Assembly (NCBI GenBank): GCA_009914755.4
Contig: CP086569.2
Coordinates: 12,896,001-12,960,000, forward strand
Source of the DNA: the human T2T-CHM13v2.0 reference genome, Homo sapiens
Direction: 5' to 3'
DNA: 64,000 bases
A program made the translations under genes and the position numbers. Numbering within the stretch: the first letter of the stretch is position 1; every line of letters begins with the position of its first letter. The notes beneath the pieces are model-generated. The model saw only the letters and a list, made by a program, of their open reading frames with translations, had not been told where the DNA came from and searched no databases. Positions 25,461-39,272 of this stretch are shown in pieces.

Positions 25461-27967
25461 ATGTCTAATCTTTTTTCAAGGTTGTTAACTTCTTTGCAAT
25501 GGGTTCGAACTTCCTCCTTTAGCTTCGAGAAGTTTGATGATCTGACGTCTTCTTCTCTCAACTCATCAGAGTCATTCTCCATCCAGCTTTGTTCCATTGC
25601 TGGTGAGGAGCTGCGTTCCTTTGGAGGAGGAGAGGTGCTCTTGATTTGTAGAATTTTCAGTTTTTCTGTTCTATTTCTTCCCCATGTTTGTGGTTTTATC
25701 TACCTTTAGTCTTTGGTGATGGTGACGTACAGATGGGGTTTTGGTGTGGATGTCCTTTCTGTTTGTTAGTTTTCCTTCTAACAGTCAGGGCCCTCAGCTG
25801 CAGGTCTGTTACAGTTTGCTGGAGGTCCACTCCACACCCTGTTTACCTGGGTATCAGCAGAGTAGGCTGCAGAACAGGGAATATTGCTGAACAGCAAATG
25901 TTACTATCTGATCATTCCTCTGGAGGATTTGTCTCAGAGGCGTACACAGACGTGTGAGATGTCAGTCTACCACTACTTGGGAATGCTTCCCCCATAGGCT
26001 ACTGGGGGGTCAGGGACCCATTTGAGGAGGCAGTTTGTCCATTCTCAGATCTCAAACTCTATGCTGGGAGAGCCTCTAATCTCTTCAAAGCTGTCAAACA
26101 GGGACATTTAAGTCTGCAGAGGTTTCTGCTGCCTTTTGTTTGGCTATGCCCTGCCCCCAGAGGTGGAGTCTACAGAAGCAGGCAGGCCTCCTTGAGCTGC
26201 AGTGGGCTCCACCCAGTTTGAGCTTCCTGGCCACTTTGCTTACTTACTCAAGCCTCAGCTATGGTGGGCACTCCTCCCCCAGCCTCAGTGCCACCTTGCT
26301 GTTTGATCTCAGACTGCTGTGCTAGCAATGAGCAAGGTTCTGTGTATGTGAGCCCCTCTGAGCCATGCTTGGGATATAATCTCCTGGTGTGCCTTTTGCT
26401 AAGACCATTCGAAAAGTGCAGTACTAGGGTGGGAGTGACCTGATTTTCCACGTACTGTCTGTCACAGCTTTGCTTGGCTATGAAAGGGAATTCCCTGACC
26501 TCTTGCACTTTCTGGGTGAGGCGATGTTTCACCCTGCTTTGGTTCACCCTTGGTGTGCTGCACCCACTGTCCTGCACCCACTGACAGACAAGCCCCAGTG
26601 AGATGAACACAGTACCTCAGTTGGAAATGCAGAAATCACCTATCTTCTCTGTCACTCACGCTGGGAGCTACAGACTGGAGCTGTTCCTATTCAGCCATGT
26701 TGGAACCACACCATCTAGTTTCTTCAATGCTGTGCGTATATTGACCTAGCCAGTGCCTGATCATGGGTAGATACTAAAAAAAGTATTGGGTGGCTATAAT
26801 AAAGGTATGTCAATTTTCTCTTGGGCTGGGAGATGACTCTGAAGTGACTTCATTTTGTCTTCTTCTGGGGAAGGGCTTGGGTTCTGAGCTTCATGGCAGT
26901 AATAAGGATTACATGGACTACTATATTTAAAATTCCTTCTAAACTTTTTCCCATTTCTGCTCAATTTTCATTCTCCAATATTTGCAAAACTTAAAGTTCC
27001 ATGACACAAAGCAACCTTGGGTTGGTGGTGTGTTGGGGCATGAAGAAAGATCTGCTTTCTCTTCTGTTGATGAAGACTTTGAAAGGGAAGAACAACAACC
27101 TTAGTAAACATAATAGAAAGATCTGAGAGATTATCAAAATCCAGATGAAGAAGGTAAACAGTGCCTGTGGACCATTTGAAGTACTGGGAAGGACCGTAAA
27201 TCTGCTTGACACTCAACTTGACTCAGAGTATGCAGTCATTTAGTTAAGGGTAGTCCCTGGAAGGCTGGAAAAACTGGAAATCCTTAGATTGGAGTATAAA
27301 ACCTTTATTTCATGTCTTCCACATAAAGGGGTCTCATAAATAAGGATGCTCCTTTCCCACTGTAATTTTTTCTTTGATTCCAGGAAAGCATCCACTGCCA
27401 TTTAACCCAATATTATGCTTATCTGCTGGATATCTTCAGGGATACATGTTTTTAGGTTTTTGTGATACTCATAGAATGCCATAAGGATAAGAAATGATTC
27501 CTGCCATTATTCTGTCTCCCTTCCCACCTGAAACCCACTCAAATGAACTATGGTATGGTAAGAAAAGCAAGGGTTATCTTCATATGGGCTTTTCACAGTA
27601 TCCCAATTCTGTGCGCATGTGGGCAAACGAGTAGAAACATATGCAAATATCCATGGTATTGTCTAAGCTTTTTATGACCAAGTGATTTTTGAGAACAATG
27701 TGGAAATTCTATGTATTCCTTTACCCTTTATATCTGTTGTATGGTACTGTCACTGTTTATTTTCTTTATACTCCAATGTCTTTTTTCTTCCCCTCCTTTT
27801 ACTTACCCAATTTTCTTCTTTTTCTATCTTCAAACCATTCTTTTCTCTCTTCACTCATGAATCCCTCTATCTTCAACTATAACTTTTATATATTGAAGGA
27901 TTTTAGTTATGTTTCTAACTTTTTCCTGAGTTCTGTTTCTGCTTGATTTTCTGCAACTTGCTGCCTC

Positions 27968-27990
27968 TCTCTCTCTCTATTCACTATCAT
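27968..27990. repeat. (TC)n short dinucleotide run
   Basis: ctctctctctctctat. Confidence 0.8.
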
Positions 27991-28869
27991 CTTCCACTGT
28001 GTTCCAAACTGCATTCACCATCTGACACAAATTAGATCATGTTCCCAATGAGCTGCTTTCTCAGATAAGGAGGAAATTAAACAGATTCACTCATGACCAT
28101 ATAAAATGTTTAGACCAGTGAAATTAAGCAGACATGATGTAAATTTTATCCAAGCAGAAGACTCAAGACATTCTTTAACCCTGTACCTCCGGCTGTCCAC
28201 CATGAGGACAGCATGAAATGCTTCTTTGGCTTCCAAATAGGAATCCAGCACGGCTGAACCCAGCAGAGCCCAACTGAGCTGTAGTTGACCTGTAGCCATC
28301 TTTTCACACAGGCACATTTATTGTTGAATTGGAGCTATTTGTTACTGAAGCAGAAGCTGAAATATACACCATCTTTCTTCCAAATTTAGCTTTTCCTTCT
28401 TTGATATTTCTGTTAATGCCACCACGTCTTTCAGTTCATAAACCTAAACTTTTTTGTGACATTTACTCTCTCTTGCTTTCCTTTCAATCACTCACCAAGA
28501 TATTTTGAGATGCCTTTGTAACATTGACTTTATCCTTCTATTTTTCCCTATTACTTGTCTATCACTGCCCTGGTGCTGATACCAAATTTGAGATCTCACT
28601 TGGATTATTGCTGATTTTGTCTACTAAACTCTTCACCTTAATGCATTCAACACACAATACCACTAAGCTAGTCTTCTGCTGTAGAATTCCAGCTATGCTA
28701 CTTCAGTGAAAAATCCTCAGATTGGATCTTCAAATTTACACAATTAACTCCACACTTTGGATTAGTAATCAAGGGCTTTGACTACTTTTCAAGTCTTCCA
28801 TTTCATTTTTTACTCCATGTTTTAACACAAGGATTCTTATTGTCAACCAACAATTTGCAACCCTCTATC

Positions 28870-28960
28870 AAAGACTTTTCTCACCATCACTATCATCTTC
28901 ATCATCATCACAACCATCACCATCATCACCATCATCATTGATATCATCATCATCATCCTG
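28870..28960. repeat. Imperfect (ATC/ACC)n trinucleotide-type repeat
   Basis: caccatcactatcatcttcatcatcatcacaaccatcaccatcatcaccatcatcattgatatcatcatcatcatcc. Confidence 0.85.
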
Positions 28961-30070
28961 TTTATCAACTGCAAGGTCACTCCTCTTACTCCTCTCTCCC
29001 TTTCACCACCACACTTTCAGGCCATGCAGGCTTAGATGGACATCAGTCGAGGTAAAATTTTGCAAAAGCTTCCCTTTGGAAATAAAGCTTTGCCTCTTTG
29101 AAAATCATAGAGCTTGTAAAAGATTTCTTTGTGTTTCTTGCTGTCACCTTGCTCACAGAATTCAGTCAACATTTACTGATATGTAGCATGAGATAAGCAC
29201 TGAGTGAGACAGTGTAATGAAAAGTGAATTGCATGGGATTCCTATATCCCAGTGAACTTACAATACATATACAGACATTAATTGTAACATGATAAGAAAA
29301 GCATCAGAGGATGTATGTACAAGGGATAAAAGTTATGAAAACAATTAGAAGAGAATTATCAGTTGTTGAAAAATATTTAAAAAATGGTACTTGTTTGTTT
29401 ATTTTCTTTTTTTGAAAGTTTATTTTATTAATATATTTTTTAGAAATTGGGTATGGGGAGAGTATCCCAGGATCAGTGAGCAGCTATGTGTATAACTCTC
29501 AGATGCATCATTTTCTATCTCCTGTCTTCATTCCTTCTCACATTTATGGCCTTTGACTTTTCTCTGATGGTGATTTAAAAGTTAATGTTCCCTGTTATAT
29601 TACTTTCCCCTACATTCCTGACTTACTCCCTCTAGAGTTCTCAAAAACTGCCTTTGCTCATTATATAGGTCACCCAAATGACTCAGGCCCTCCCTCTGGG
29701 AGGTTGCCCTTCTCTGAAACATCCCAGTAGAACGATTTAGGTACTCTCCCAAAGATTATAGAAAGCCCAAAGCTACTTCCTATTGTGAGGTGCTTCAGTG
29801 GGAGAAAGGTGAATAATTGTTATCATAGCCACTGGGTTGCAATGTGCCTCTTCTTGTTTCAATCTCCAGCTTCTGGCAAAATTCTCCATCAACTCTACCT
29901 GCCGAAGTATGACCTTGGAAGCCTTCTGTCTCAAAGATTGGCTAAATTTGTCCCAATCTCAAATTCATCTTCTCTCCTTCATCTTCCAAATTCAATACTG
30001 ATGATAATAATTGGTATCTATCTAGAGTCTTGACAGCCTTGGCCAGTTTCCATATATTACTTATTTGATT

Positions 30071-30200
30071 ATCACAACCACCCTGCAAAGTTAGTGCCAA
30101 TACCACTGCTCCCATTTTACATAGTAGGAAGTTGAGGCACAGTGAGTTTGAACAGCTTGCCTTTGGTCATTCAGTTCTAAGATGGCAGAATTACTATTCC
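30071..30200 (+). mobile_element. MIR (mammalian-wide interspersed repeat) core fragment
   Basis: ccaccctgcaaagttagtgccaataccactgctcccattttacatagtaggaagttgaggcacagtgagtttgaacagcttgcctttggtcattcagttctaagatggcagaattactattc matches the MIR core (...tatccccattttacagatgaggaaactgaggctcagagaggttaagtaacttgcccaaggtcacacagctagtaagtggcagagc). Confidence 0.75.
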
Positions 30201-30579
30201 ATCTTCTTACCTTCCTAATGAGAACTTTAGAAAGTCTGTGCTTTATATTCATGTTCCTCTTCTATCGTATGAGAACTTCAAAATCTAGGAAATTCCTGCT
30301 CTACTTTGCATTATCTTAACCTCTGTACAACCTCATCACGTGAACATGGAACAGAACATAATGAAAGTCAATATCATACAGGATGGGGCATATGAGGACA
30401 ATAAAACTTCAAATATCACCACTCCTTAAGGCAATGGAAATGTCAAACCCTGATAAATCTCTTCACCAGTGGTTCTTAATTTTGGATGCACTTTGAAATC
30501 ATTGAAGGGTTTAAGAAATTTGATGTCGATAACATCTCTCTCTTCCCATTACCCCACTGTTAGGAATTCAAATTCAATT

Positions 30580-30900
30580 AGTTTAGGGAATGTTTGGGGT
30601 GTTGGTATTTGTGCAAGCTCCCTGTGATTCTAATAATCAGCCAAGATTGAGAACTTCTGTTCTAGCTTGCATCTCTGTAGACTTCACTCTACTTCCTTAC
30701 TTTCATTCTAAGAACTTTAGATCCAATCTTGCTTGAAGCTCCAACCTTTTATTCCTTCAGCTGTTAGCTGTCAACTCTGATTTCCAATCACTATGCTGAG
30801 CTGAGCCATCAACATCCTTACTTTGCCTGAACCTCTTCCATGCACACCAGCATGGGTCATATGCCACCCTTTGCAAAGTCAAAAAGGCTCATTGACATTT
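30580..30900 (+). repeat. About 320-bp dispersed repeat, copy 1 (unidentified family). Copy 2 lies at 35225-35525.
   Basis: gaatgtttggggtgttggtatttgtgcaagctccctgtgattctaataatcagccaagattgagaacttctgttctagcttgcatctctgtagacttcactctacttccttac...tttccaatcactatgctgagctgagccatcaacatccttactttgcctgaac aligns with 35225-35525 at roughly 80-85% identity. Confidence 0.7.
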
Positions 30901-31119
30901 TAGTTTACTTGCCCAAAAGAACAATTTTCTTTCTAAATGGAATTATTTGCCACCTTAGTGCACTGGTTTAAATGGTATTTTTCCTTCTAAAGTGAAACTA
31001 GCCTGAGAATATATGTCATTTCAGCCATTTGAAAAATAGTTATTAGTCTGGGATAAGTAGATAGAATATATAGTATATAATAAAAACATATAAATATAAA
31101 ATGTAAGTATAAAGTTATA

Positions 31120-31150
31120 CACATGTGTATGAGTGTGTGTGTGTATGAAT
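31120..31150. repeat. (TG)n short run
   Basis: gtgtatgagtgtgtgtgtgtatg. Confidence 0.8.
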
Positions 31151-32409
31151 AGATTCAAGATTGAGGGACTCATTTTTGAGACTACTATTAAATCCATTGT
31201 AAAATAACCTGCTAAATCCTTTATTACACCAACACCGAAATCTCACACTGTACTTACTACTGCCTATTTTAGTGCACACCATAAAAATAGCATACCTGGC
31301 ACCTTTAGCATTCATTAAACCCAGTTAAAGGATTTCATCTGAGCACGCATGTCATCTGTTTATAAAAAGCTTCCTAGGTGTAAAAGGGAATACCACACTC
31401 CTGAATATTATCCAACTTGTCGGACACATCTTAATGTAGCCTGAATTATTCACTCTTATTTTAAAAGTCTTTTTCTATTTCTCTTTGGAAGTTATGAAAT
31501 AACAGATGCAGAAATGAAGAGATGGGATTCCAAGTGGAGAGATGGATAACCCAAACAGTCACATGTAGGAGGGAAAACATAATTTGGGGGACATTTTCAA
31601 GCACAAATAATAAATTAAAAAGAAATCTTAGTTTTTTGTTTGACACATTCCTCCCTTTTGAGTGCACAAGAAAACATGCGTTAAAGAAGCAGTTTGCCAT
31701 AATGTAGCCTGGACCTACATCTGACTCCCAGTTATTGAATTGCCCATTTACTTGACCTGCAACATCAATGGCAATGCAACTGCTCTGAGGCAGAGGTGGC
31801 TACCTGTCCACCAAGCACCATGCACTGCCTGCCATATTGAATGTAAATCCTGAGGTAAAGACTACATTTCCCATGCTTCCTTGCACTGAGGTGGTATCTT
31901 GTGATGAATTCCCACCAATTAAGTGATATGATAAATTCCTGCCAGTGGAGTGTTGTGATGAATTCCCACAAATGCTGTGTGTTCTTTCCAGGCTCAGGAG
32001 TAAATAAGCAAGGATGGTTTTCTACCTCTTTGTTCTAATTACCCATTCAGTAAAAATTACAAGGCACTAGGGGATAGGAAGGACAAGGTGGGAAGAACTT
32101 GAGTTCTTGAATGAATTCAGAGCACCTTCAAAGGTTGTCCACAGAGGCGCTGTATTATCCTACTATACCTTATCTTCTTATCCTCACTGCTGCCATACCT
32201 GTTGAGAAACACTCCTGCCCTTGACATCAGAAAGCAATACTTATCAAAGTATGCTTCTGCTAGACTGAGGTTTATTTTACCCATGGTATATTTCCACAAA
32301 GCCACAAATGTTTTCATATTTAAATGAAATAATATTTGTGAAAGGCTCCTCTAGAAATGATATATAAATACTATCTATTATTGTTATATATGTGTGTATG
32401 TGTGTATTT

Positions 32410-32711
32410 TTTTGTCTTTTTTTTGAGATGGAGTCTCCTGTCACCCAGGCTGGGTGCAGTGGTGCAATCTCGACTCACCACAACCTCCACCTCCCAGGTT
32501 CAAGCAATTCTCCTGCCTCACTCAGCCTCCTGAGTAGCTGGGATTACAGGCATGCACTACCATGACTGGCTATTTTTTTTTTTTTGTATTTTTAGTAGAG
32601 ATGGGGTTTCACCATATAGGCTACGGTGGTCTCAACCTCCTGACCTTGTGATTTGCCTGCCTCAGCCTTCCAAAGTGCTGGAATTACAGGCGTGAGCCAC
32701 CATGCCCAGCC
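32410..32711 (-). mobile_element. Alu (full-length, AluS-like)
   Basis: A poly-T run is followed by gagatggagtctcctgtcacccaggctgggtgcagtggtgcaatctcgactcaccacaacctccacctcccaggttcaagcaattctcctgcctcactcagcctcctgagtagctgggattacagg...ggctgggcatggtggctcacgcc in reverse complement. Confidence 0.92.
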
Positions 32712-33774
32712 ATTATTATTATTATTTCTTGGATGCAATGATGTTAATAGCATAACTCCAATTTACACAATGAATTGTAATTTTTTAAAAGCATTCCCTT
32801 ATACTGCCATTTAAAGTGTATAACAATACTGTAGGCTGAACATTATTTCTTTATTCCAGATTAGAGGACTAGGATTCATGGGATTATGCATCAACTTAAG
32901 TTCTGCCCACAAGTAAGTGATAGAGAAATGTCATCTGCAGCCCAGACAAGTGTCCCTGTTACAATTTAGTTGGATTACTAATCAGAGCATAGATTACAAT
33001 TTTTTACAAGTCCCTATTCACAATCTTAAGACTCTTAGCCCTCTTTATCATTTAAGAGATTTCTAAATAAGTATATTTTATATTTTAAAAAAGTAATAAA
33101 AGAGATTGGAGAATAGTGAAGCACTGTGAGTGGAATTTAGCTTCAACTTTCTGTTATGAAAAAGAAATATGGACATGTGGATTTTGGAAGAATGAAAGCA
33201 AAGCTATTTTTCACTGATGTTCAGCAACATGAGTTTTAAGACAATAAGAAAAAACAAGCCAAAAAAAAAAAAAAAACTAAGAGTTTCCACATATAACAGG
33301 AGACTCACACAGTCTTTTTTCATTATTTTATGTTATATAAGCTTTTGTGAAATATGTCAACATAATGCAATCTTACATTTTCTGGGCCTAGCTGAAGGGT
33401 TGAAGTTTTTAGTTTTTTCCTCAAGATTTGGCTTTGAATCATTATAAAAATAGCTTACGTGTATAAACATTTTCTATCTTACTTTCTGGATGATGGAAGG
33501 AGGCTGAGTTTCATTTTAAGTAAGTATTTAAAGGAAGAGATAAAAAATGATTTTCAGATGACTGTATTAAAACCCACTGCAGTTTTATTTTTTATTGTTG
33601 ATTCTGGAAAGGTGAGACTTTTATTAGGCCAGGATTTAAACTAATAGAAAAAAAAAAAAACACTGATATTTTTCTACAGAAAATACTGCCTTTAATACAT
33701 TCTCAGAGAAAGATAATCTGTCTTGATGTCCCCCTTGCTGAAGCAAGAGCAGACACAAAACCTACCGTGGATCC

Positions 33775-33940
33775 AGGTGGCTGGAGGACAAGTGGGAGCA
33801 GGAGAAGGAGAGGAGGAAGAGGAAGAAAGGAAGAGGAAGAGTAGGAGAAGGAGAAGGAGAAGAAGGAGGAGGAGGAGAGGAGGAGGAAGAGAAGGAAAGG
33901 GCAGAGGAAAGGGAAGAGGAGAGGGAGGAGACAAGAAGAT
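33775..33940. repeat. Homopurine GA-rich tract, (GGA/GAA/GAG)n-like, about 165 bp
   Basis: ggagaaggagaggaggaagaggaagaaaggaagaggaagagtaggagaaggagaaggagaagaaggaggaggaggagaggaggaggaagagaaggaaagggcagaggaaagggaagaggagagggaggagacaag. ORFs 33692-34145 (poly-L, poly-R/E and poly-S) are translations of this tract. Confidence 0.95.
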
Positions 33941-34040
33941 TATACTCCTTTGTAGTTATCAAATTAGAAGTTGTTAAAATGATAGCAATTCTTGGGAAAC
34001 ATGGAGGTAAAATATGCACTCTCATAGGCTGGCACAGTGA

Positions 34041-34366
<326 letters not shown>

Positions 34367-35097
34367 TGAAAAAAACTCTTTGAAGGGCACTTAGGAAGGA
34401 GAATTGGCCCCTGCTTGGAGAGGAAAAACAAGTTTCCAGCATTTTCACATGCATAGCTGGAACTAGCTTCTATCTTTGTGAAAAGCCTTTATTTCATAGT
34501 GTAACTGTTATAAATAATAAGACATAGAAATATATTAGAATGTAATATTCTACATAATGTAATATATATTGGAATAGAAAAGAATGAATAAATAAAAGTT
34601 ATTTGCAATATCATTTATCAAAGATAAATATTCTGAACATGCCCAGATTTTGGTTAGTGTGTATGCACACTATGTAATTGCAGTTTGGATTATAAATCAG
34701 ATCATGTGGTTTAAAGTTCACCTCCGCCCCCAAAACCCCAATATGTCCTTTGCATAGCTCAACATCAGTCAGCCTCATCCTAGGGATGTATGGATGTGTC
34801 ACTAAGTATTTAATCCTATCTTGGGGGGCTTCTAGACTGTTTCACAACTTTGCCCACCTCTGCAAAGAATTCCCATAGTCTCTGAAATTCCGAGATATGG
34901 AATGGCCACAGTGAAGTGTATGAGCATGTTTAAGGCTCTTGCAAAACATTTCCAAAATGCCTTTCAAAGAGCTTTTTCCAGTTTATATTGTCACCATGCC
35001 AGCCAGCCTATGAGAGTCCACATTTTATTTCCATATTTCTCAGATGAATTACTATCATTTTAACAACTCGCATTTTGATAACCACAAAGCAGTATGC

Positions 35098-35190
35098 TCT
35101 TCTTCTCTCCTCCCTCTCCTCTTCTCTTTCCTCTTCACTCTCCTCATTCTCTTCCTCCTTTCTCCTCCTCCTCCTCCTCTTCTTGCAGGA
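35098..35190. repeat. Homopyrimidine CT-rich tract, the complement type of the 33775-33940 tract. A second CT-rich tract lies at 35550-35650.
   Basis: cttcttctctcctccctctcctcttctctttcctcttcactctcctcattctcttcctcctttctcctcctcctcctcctcttcttgc and tcctcttcctcttcatccttctttcttcttccttcttctttccttctccccctcctctttttactcctcctcctcacccccttcttc. Confidence 0.9.
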
Positions 35191-35224
35191 GCACAGATAA
35201 TCACTTAAAAAGAGATCTTGGTTA

Positions 35225-35525
35225 TTTTTTGTTTGGGTGTTGGTATTTGTGCAAACTCCCTGGAGATTCTAACGTTCAGCCAAGATTGAGTACTGCTGTT
35301 CTATCTTGTGTCTTTGTAGACTTCACTCTACCTCCTTACTTTTATTATAAGATGAAATCTTAGATAGAATCTTTAGATGCAATCTTACACCAAACTCTCA
35401 TTCCCACAAATGGGAGGAGTAAACCTCCAAATTCCAATCACTATACTGAGTTGAGCCATCAACATCCCTACTTTGCCTCAACTTATTTTATGCTCACCAG
35501 CACTGAGACACACTCTACTTTTTGC
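35225..35525 (+). repeat. Copy 2 of the dispersed repeat seen at 30580-30900
   Basis: ttttgtttgggtgttggtatttgtgcaaactccctggagattctaacgttcagccaagattgagtactgctgttctatcttgtgtctttgtagacttcactctacctccttac...ttccaatcactatactgagttgagccatcaacatccctactttgcctcaac. Confidence 0.7.
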
Positions 35526-36160
35526 AAAGTCGCTTGTGTCAATGACCTCCTATTCCTCTTCCTCTTCATCCTTCTTTCTTCTTCCTTCTTCTTTCCTTCT
35601 CCCCCTCCTCTTTTTACTCCTCCTCCTCACCCCCTTCTTCTTTGCCAAACTACCTAATTTGGCCATCTCTTGGAAGACTTTCATTTCTTGGTTTGTCCTT
35701 ACATTTCCTTTTTAAAAATTTTAACTGACATAGTATAATGTATGGAGTACATAGTGATGTTTTGATACATATGATGTATACTGATCAGATTACAGTAATT
35801 ATCGTGTTCATCATCTCAAACATATGTCATTTCTTTGTGTGGGGAACATTCAGTTCCCACTTTCTAACTATAGGAAACTATATATTTTTATTACTATAGT
35901 CATTCTACAGGGATATAGAACACTAGAACTTATTCTTTCTGTCTAGCTGTAATTTTGTATCATTTATCTACTGAGCTGCTCAGGCTTAGTTTGCTGAGTA
36001 GTAAGAATTAATCTACATAGCAAGCCTTAAATATAGCAAATACATAAAAAGGCATTAATATTGTTCTAAATATAACAAATATTTTGTTCACAGTTGTCGT
36101 TTATTCTATTTTGTTTATGAAACTGCATTTTTGGAATGCACAGTAGTGTTAAATTGTTTA

Positions 36161-36441
36161 AGCAAACTATCACAAGGACAGAAAACCAAACACCACATGT
36201 TCTCACTCATAAGTGGAAATTGAACAATGAGAACACTTAGTCACAGGAAGAGGAACATCACACACCAGAGCCTGTCATGGGGTCGGGGGAGCAGGGAGGG
36301 ATAGCATTAGGAGAAATGCCTAACGTAAATGATGAGTTAATGGGTGCAGCACACCAAAGTGGCACATGTATGCATATGTAACAAACCTGCATGTTGTGCA
36401 CATGTACCCTAGAACTTAAAGTATAATAATAATAAAAAAAA
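36161..36441 (+). mobile_element. 5'-truncated L1PA 3'-end fragment of about 280 bp with a poly-A tail and target-site duplication
   Basis: agcaaactatcacaaggacagaaaaccaaacaccacatgttctcactcataagtggaaattgaacaatgagaacac...gtgcacatgtaccctagaacttaaagtataataataataaaaaaaa, flanked by AATTGTTT (36152-36160 and 36441-36449). Confidence 0.9.
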
Positions 36442-36577
36442 TTGTTTGTGGCTGTTATCTTTTATTTTTCCTTTGTTATTCACTCTTCTTTGTATTTAGA
36501 AAGTCACTCTTCTTTCTGATATGAGATATTGCCCAGATGTCTTTTATAATATTTTTCATTTTTAATTATCAGAATTT

Positions 36578-36860
36578 GGCCAGGAGCAGTGGCTCACACC
36601 TGTAATCCTAGCAGTTGAGGAGGCTAAGCTGGAAGGATTGCTTGAGGCCAAGAATTTAGACCAGTCTGGACAATACAGTGAAACCATCTCTACCATTTTT
36701 TTTAATTAGGTGGATGTGTTGGCATATGCCTGTAGTCCCCCCTACTTGGCAAACAGAGGTAGGAGGATTGCTTGAACCCAGAAGTTGGGGGATGCATTGA
36801 GTTATGATTGTGCTACTGCACTCTAATATGGGGGATAAAGCAAGACCTTGTTTCTAAAAA
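36578..36860 (+). mobile_element. Alu (older, AluJ-like), followed by (TA)n at about 36862-36915
   Basis: ggccaggagcagtggctcacacctgtaatcctagcagttgaggaggctaagctggaaggattgcttgaggccaagaatttagaccagtctggacaatacagtgaaaccatctctacc... Confidence 0.88.
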
Positions 36861-37019
36861 TATATAATACATATAAGTATATATATATATATAATATATA
36901 TTATGTATACGTATATGAACTTAAAGCATTAGGAACTCACTTGAGTATATGGTGTGAAACCAAGATCTAACTTTGTTTTACCTGAATATTAAACCACTTA
37001 TTCTAATATCATGTATTAG

Positions 37020-37335
37020 TCTGTTTTCATGCTGCTATGAAGAAATACCCGAGACTGGATAATTTATAAAAAAAGAGGTTTCATTGACTCACAGTTCCAC
37101 ATGGCTGGAGAGGCCTCAGGAAAATTATAATCATAGAGGAAGGCACCTCTTCACAGGGTGGGAGGAGAGAATGAGAGCTGAACAAAGGGGGAAAAACTCC
37201 TTATAAGACCAGGACCCACAATGATTCAATTATCTCCCACCGGGTCCCTACCATGACATGTGGGGATTACGGGAACTGCAATTAAAGATAAGATTTGGGT
37301 TGAAGCATAGCCAAACCGTCTTGTACCATGTGTTA
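37020..37335 (-). mobile_element. MaLR LTR (THE1/MST-like) in minus orientation
   Basis: tgtattagtctgttttcatgctgctatgaagaaatacccgagactggataatttataaa...is the reverse complement of the THE1/MST 3' terminus (...ccagtctcgggtat...gcagcatgaaaacagactaataca). The far end (catggtacaagacggtttggctatgcttcaacccaaatcttatctttaattgcagttcccgtaatccccacatg in reverse complement) matches the LTR 5' end TGATATGGTTTGGCTGTGTCC...CAAATCTCATCTTGAATTGTAGCTCCCATAAT. Confidence 0.8.
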
Positions 37336-37966
37336 AGTAATTTATTATTTCCTCAGTGACCACATATGTCACTCACATTAAACATCCATGTGAGTTTCTG
37401 TTCTCTGTTTTATTTTAGGGTGTCTTAACAATATATTTTAATATGATAACCCATGCTTTCTTATATTTTCCATATTGTTATATGTATTCATACTAATTTT
37501 TGCCTTTAGATAAATTTCATTTACTAAATGTTTATCACCAAAAGTCATTGAGATTTTAATTGAATTTCTTTTAAAAGATAAATCAAACTTTTAGTATGTA
37601 TTCTTTATAATATTGTGTTTCATCATGGAAGGTCATATATATTTCCAGGTTTTCAGCATCTTTGTAGAAGCCTTGAACACTTTTGCTAAACTTTCTTGGG
37701 AAGCTCTTGTTTATTTGCATCATTTTGAGCTGAGCTACTTAATTCATCATATTGCCTGTGAAAAAGTATAGCTTTCTCTCTCTTCCCATTGTTATTTCTA
37801 TGGCTTCTTTTTCTTGTTTTATTCTACCGGCTACTTTTCAAAGCCGTAGTTCACAATGTTTCTGATTCTTAGAGAAGAAAAATGTCTGTAGAACAGCCTT
37901 TTGTAGGTAATGCCCAGAAGTCTGGTTCTGATTTTAGCAGACTGTCTAAAAAATAAAACAACAAGG

Positions 37967-38337
<371 letters not shown>

Positions 38338-39272
38338 TCATGACGTTGAAGAATCTTCCCAAGTCTAGATTACTAAGTGTGCTCTGTTTTTGAAAGGGTT
38401 GTTGAAATTGAACAAGGGCATCCTCACACCTTTATGCATAAGTGGTGCTTTGGAATGGGCTCATTCTGACTTTAAGGAACTAACCATGAAACATGCAGGA
38501 ATTGTGCGAGCCATCTCTCCAACTGTTTGTAGCTTTAGTGGGAGAATTTATGCCATGGAAATTGGCTAAAACCACTAATCAGTATGTGTGTGTATTTTGA
38601 GAGCTGATTTACTTAGCACACTATCTATTATATAGATAATCTCATCCATGCCTTTATTTAATAAGGGGCATATTCTACACACCAAACAAGTTAGAAAGAC
38701 ATTAATAAAAATTTCAATAATGAAGGCAAAGTTTCAATGAATAATTACACCAACAACCAATTGATAATACAGTTATGATCAGTACCATAAATGTCAGATG
38801 CTGTCATAGAGTTTATAAAACAGATGTGTGGTGAAATCTGGTGCAAGATTTCCCAAGGAAATGATGTGTCGACTTTCACCATGCCATTTTTCAGGACTCT
38901 TGATCTATCACATAAATATATAAACAGTTTTTTCCTAACTGGATTTGCCTGCATCACATTCAGGGAAAGCATATTTTATTTTAAGAGCTTACCACAATCA
39001 ATAGAGCTCACTTCTGTGTGTATGTCCAGGCCTCAGGATTAAGTAGTTAAAGATTGACTGATGGGAGGGAGATCTGAGATGGAAAGAACAAGATAGAGCA
39101 TTGAGAACAGAATATGTAGGAGAGTCTCTGCCATCTCTTCTGAAAGGTTTGCCATTTCAAGATTTCCCAGGTTTGCTTTCTCACAGATAAAGTGACCACC
39201 AAGTCTGGTCGTTTGGTGTTGAGATACATAATTATCTGTGTGTGACAGATTGCTCCCCAGAAAACAAAATGA

